DNA of 64,000 nt, from the NCBI GenBank assembly GCA_012295275.1, contig CM022670.1, forward strand, positions 38,564,001 to 38,628,000, in the 5' to 3' direction. Numbering within the stretch: position 1 is the stretch's first letter; each line of letters starts with the position of its first letter. Positions 60,901-64,000 of the stretch are shown piece by piece. The position numbers and the translations under genes are program-made. The notes beneath the pieces are model-generated. The model was given only the letters and a program-made list of their open reading frames with translations, did not search any database and was not told where the DNA came from. This DNA comes from Chrysomallon squamiferum (Eukaryota; Animalia; Mollusca).

Positions 60901-62566
60901 ACATCTAACAAGATTTTTCAGATCTCAATACACTTTAAATTATTAACAGTTTATAGAATATTTAAGAGCTTCAGGCAGAAAATAATCTTCCCCCTCCTAT
61001 AAACAAAATCTGAATACTGACAGATAAGTACTATTTGTCCAAGTATTTTGAAAATATTTTTGCCAGTGTTAATTCTCACCCTGCATATCCGGGCCATGGA
61101 AAGTAATAGAGAGCCATGGTAACAAGAACTGCTTCTGTGGAATTGGTCAGAGTTCTTGTAGCACAGTACAGTGTGAACCAAGACACTGTGTGACATAGCA
61201 GTGTCCACTGAGCAGTCGCTCTACCACACAGCTTCCACGAAAGATGGTAGAGATAAATGTCTCCACATGCAGCTATTATACCTTGAAGCAGTCGAGGTAA
61301 TTTTATCTGCAAAACCCATAAACAATGTACCATCTAAACACAGTTACGAATATGTGTGTAAATATTAAATGTTTACAAATCTGTATTAATATTAAATTTT
61401 TAAATATATATATATAAATAATAAGCATGTATATTTATTAAACATTTGCACATCTACATTAACATTAAATCTTTACAATATTTATATACAAATTGCAATA
61501 TTTTAAAAGAAACCTTAAGTATCAAGTTTGAATAAAAAATATTAAATTTATTTCTATAATTATGTCCCATTTTGGAAATTTTTCTTCTTGGTTTTGAAAT
61601 TATCTCTTATAATATGAGAAGAAAAAAAAAAAAAGAAAAAAAAGATAAAAAGTTTAATTAATTAATTATAACAGGTAAGGACAAATACTTAAAAGAATCG
61701 TGAAAATATATTTTTACCAGGAGAATCCTATAATCAAGACCAAGTATGGACTGGATCTTGAACAGAATGGCAAAAACAAATGGATAAATGTAACCTCGCA
61801 GACCTGTTTTCCATTCCCATGTTAAATAACCATAACTTAAGATGGTTAAGGAATATTCTCTAACTATCTACATCTTTTATATTCAAAATTAATAAAGTAA
61901 AAGTGATAGTATGTTTTTGGTCAGTACCTGCTTTAACTGTACTGGAATATGCTTTACATATTTTTCAAATTGTATCAGTGATACATAATAGTAAATTAGA
62001 AATAAAAAAAATAATAGTAATAATAACAATAAAAATAATAATAATAAATAAAAATTTGACATATGACCAAAGAAAATGTTGACATAATGAAATCCAGAAT
62101 ATTTTGGGACTCTGCAAAACCAAATTACGTCAAAAAGTATGCTCATCAAATAATCTTTTTAAAAAAGTACTTTTGGATGTACATATAAATGACATATTAA
62201 AAATACTTATTTTAAAGGATACTCAAAAACCATGTTGTGAGCCACCTCTATTGATTGCCAGTATTCATCAGGAACAAAGAATGTCTGAATAAAAAGACTG
62301 TTCACAATGCGCATTGCAATCAGCCCAAGGAATAGAGAAGAATCAGAAGCCATTATCTTCTTTATAATTAAAGGTCCAAGAACCTCTTCATTGAACATGT
62401 AACAATCATCTTCTTCATCTTTACTTTCGTCATCACTGGTTACAGTAGAACTAGGACAACTTTCCCGCATTCTGTCCATTTCATATTGGTTTGGTTTTCC
62501 TTTCCGCCTCCTAATGGTGGTAGCACTTTTGTTCTTTGCCATATTTTTGTTTGCATCAATTTTCAT
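57915..62566 (-). CDS. PIGB: GPI mannosyltransferase 3 (PIG-B, glycosyltransferase family 22), ~691 aa; exons 62566-62223, 61835-61718, 61306-61080, 60489-60337, 60055-59798, 59272-58592, 58209-57915
   Basis: Motifs QTFFVPDEYWQSIEVAH, YGYLTWEW..GLR.Y, TRTLTNS.E, RPT, YGSHPWHWYLTQG, HKEFRF..P, HQRGT, FLMPCHSTPYYS, MRFLTC. Phases are consistent and total 2076 nt. The start may instead be the ATG at 62542. Confidence 0.95.
61836..62222 (-). other. U12-type (minor spliceosome) GT-AG intron in PIGB
   Basis: 5' splice site GTATCCTTT. Branch point TTCCTTAAC at 61853-61845, followed by CATCTTAAG| with no polypyrimidine tract. Splicing restores the conserved MVFD-YGYLTWEW. Confidence 0.92.
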
Positions 62567-64000
62567 CCATCATAATGAATCTATAAAATCAAACATAGTG
62601 ATAAAAAAGTAAATCAACCATGCCAATGTAAATTCATATTCTGTTAAGCTGCTCGACACGGACACCGGGAGTTGTACGTCGTGTTGAATAATTAAATATC
62701 ACTTGACAATACGTGCAATTTTAATTGTTAAATGTTATTTGTCAGGATATGAGTGAAGAAGACTTATATGACTTTTTCATCCGCTATGTTATATCAGAAA
62801 CAAATTATTTTATTAGTAATAAAAAACAGAATCAGAATGTAAACTAAAAATAAAATTTAAAAAAAAATGCCGGTAATCACATAAACCAGTGTATTTAAAA
62901 GTAATGTTTCATAAACTTAGTTATCAGGAAAAATTATTTATTTTGTAAACCGACCTGAACGTGTAGAGGCTTGCATTATTTAAAAAGATGAGTTGTAAAG
63001 AAAAGATAATGTTATCGATTTTTAAATAAAGCATCGTAGGCAACACTAGGCGGAAGTATGTACAATTCTGATTTTAATTATAAAAAACGTGTTCAAAGGG
63101 AGGTAACACCCAAAATTAAAACTTTACTACTTAGCGCTTGAGGAAGTTACATTCAACTAGTACACACATATATATACATGACCATAACTAGACTCTTTTT
63201 GAAATGAGGCAAAACAAATTAATTGACAAGCGGCGCAGGCCAACAAAATTTTGGACAAGGGGTCTGAGGGTTGACTTCAAACAGTAACCATAGACACAAA
63301 CGAATTCATTCAGTGGATGTTTCTGTTGGAACAGAGATTTATATTTTATATTTTTTAGCTTAAATCTTTGTATAAAAAAATAATAATAATAAAAAAATTA
63401 AAATTAAAATTAAAAAAATAATTAAATAAATTTAAAAATTGTCAATTTTGATATTAGCATTTTCCTCAAAGTAGTTATGGCATGATATATATGTATCTAT
63501 CTTTATGAATGTATATATGTTATAAAACTCCACAGTAGGGTCCTTCATGATACATCTGCAAATTTATGGTTTTCTGTACTGAAAAAGGTTTTTCATACAA
63601 TCAGTTCACATACAAACATATTATGGATTGAAAAAAAACCAACAACAAATTTGTGTGATAAATATTTTATTTGTTCCTTCTGTTCAAGCTATGTGCTTTT
63701 TCAAAATTTAAAAAATAATAAAACTGATAGACTACGTCTAAAAAACATTAGTAGACCTGTTCCATTTGAAACAAAAAATCAGTAGAAGTTGAGATTGTTG
63801 GCGTAATAACACATAACATATATATAAATACATAATCCCATATTATAAAAGTAAAATTATTACATTTTGATACAAGTGACTAGAATAAAAAAAACAAATA
63901 CACAAATTAACAAATCATCAGACAAATGAGTTTTATATTTTCTCTAATGCATAAATAAAAATAATTTTTAAATATATTGTCTTAAATATTTAGTCCACAA

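Overview
Very AT-rich, microsatellite-rich animal genomic DNA with spliceosomal introns. It is probably from an invertebrate such as a mollusc or other lophotrochozoan, but that is inferred from composition only. Six complete multi-exon genes could be assembled by hand with consistent GT-AG phases. Three are thioredoxin paralogues (two on +, one on -), all WCGPC and all with the 5-exon, phase-0 layout of human TXN. One is a secreted protein with two peritrophin-A/CBM14-type chitin-binding domains separated by a furin-type site. The other two are a mucolipin/TRPML channel (-) and PIGB, GPI mannosyltransferase 3 (-), which has a U12-type intron and a ~140-aa hydrophilic insertion. The window also holds three non-autonomous DNA-transposon remnants, several minisatellites, a ~190-nt intronic foldback, and candidate ARE, CLEAR and YY1/ETS sites. 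The first ~15 kb has no recognisable coding exon. Most ORFs in the supplied track are microsatellite artefacts. All coordinates and counts were done by hand and no database was searched.
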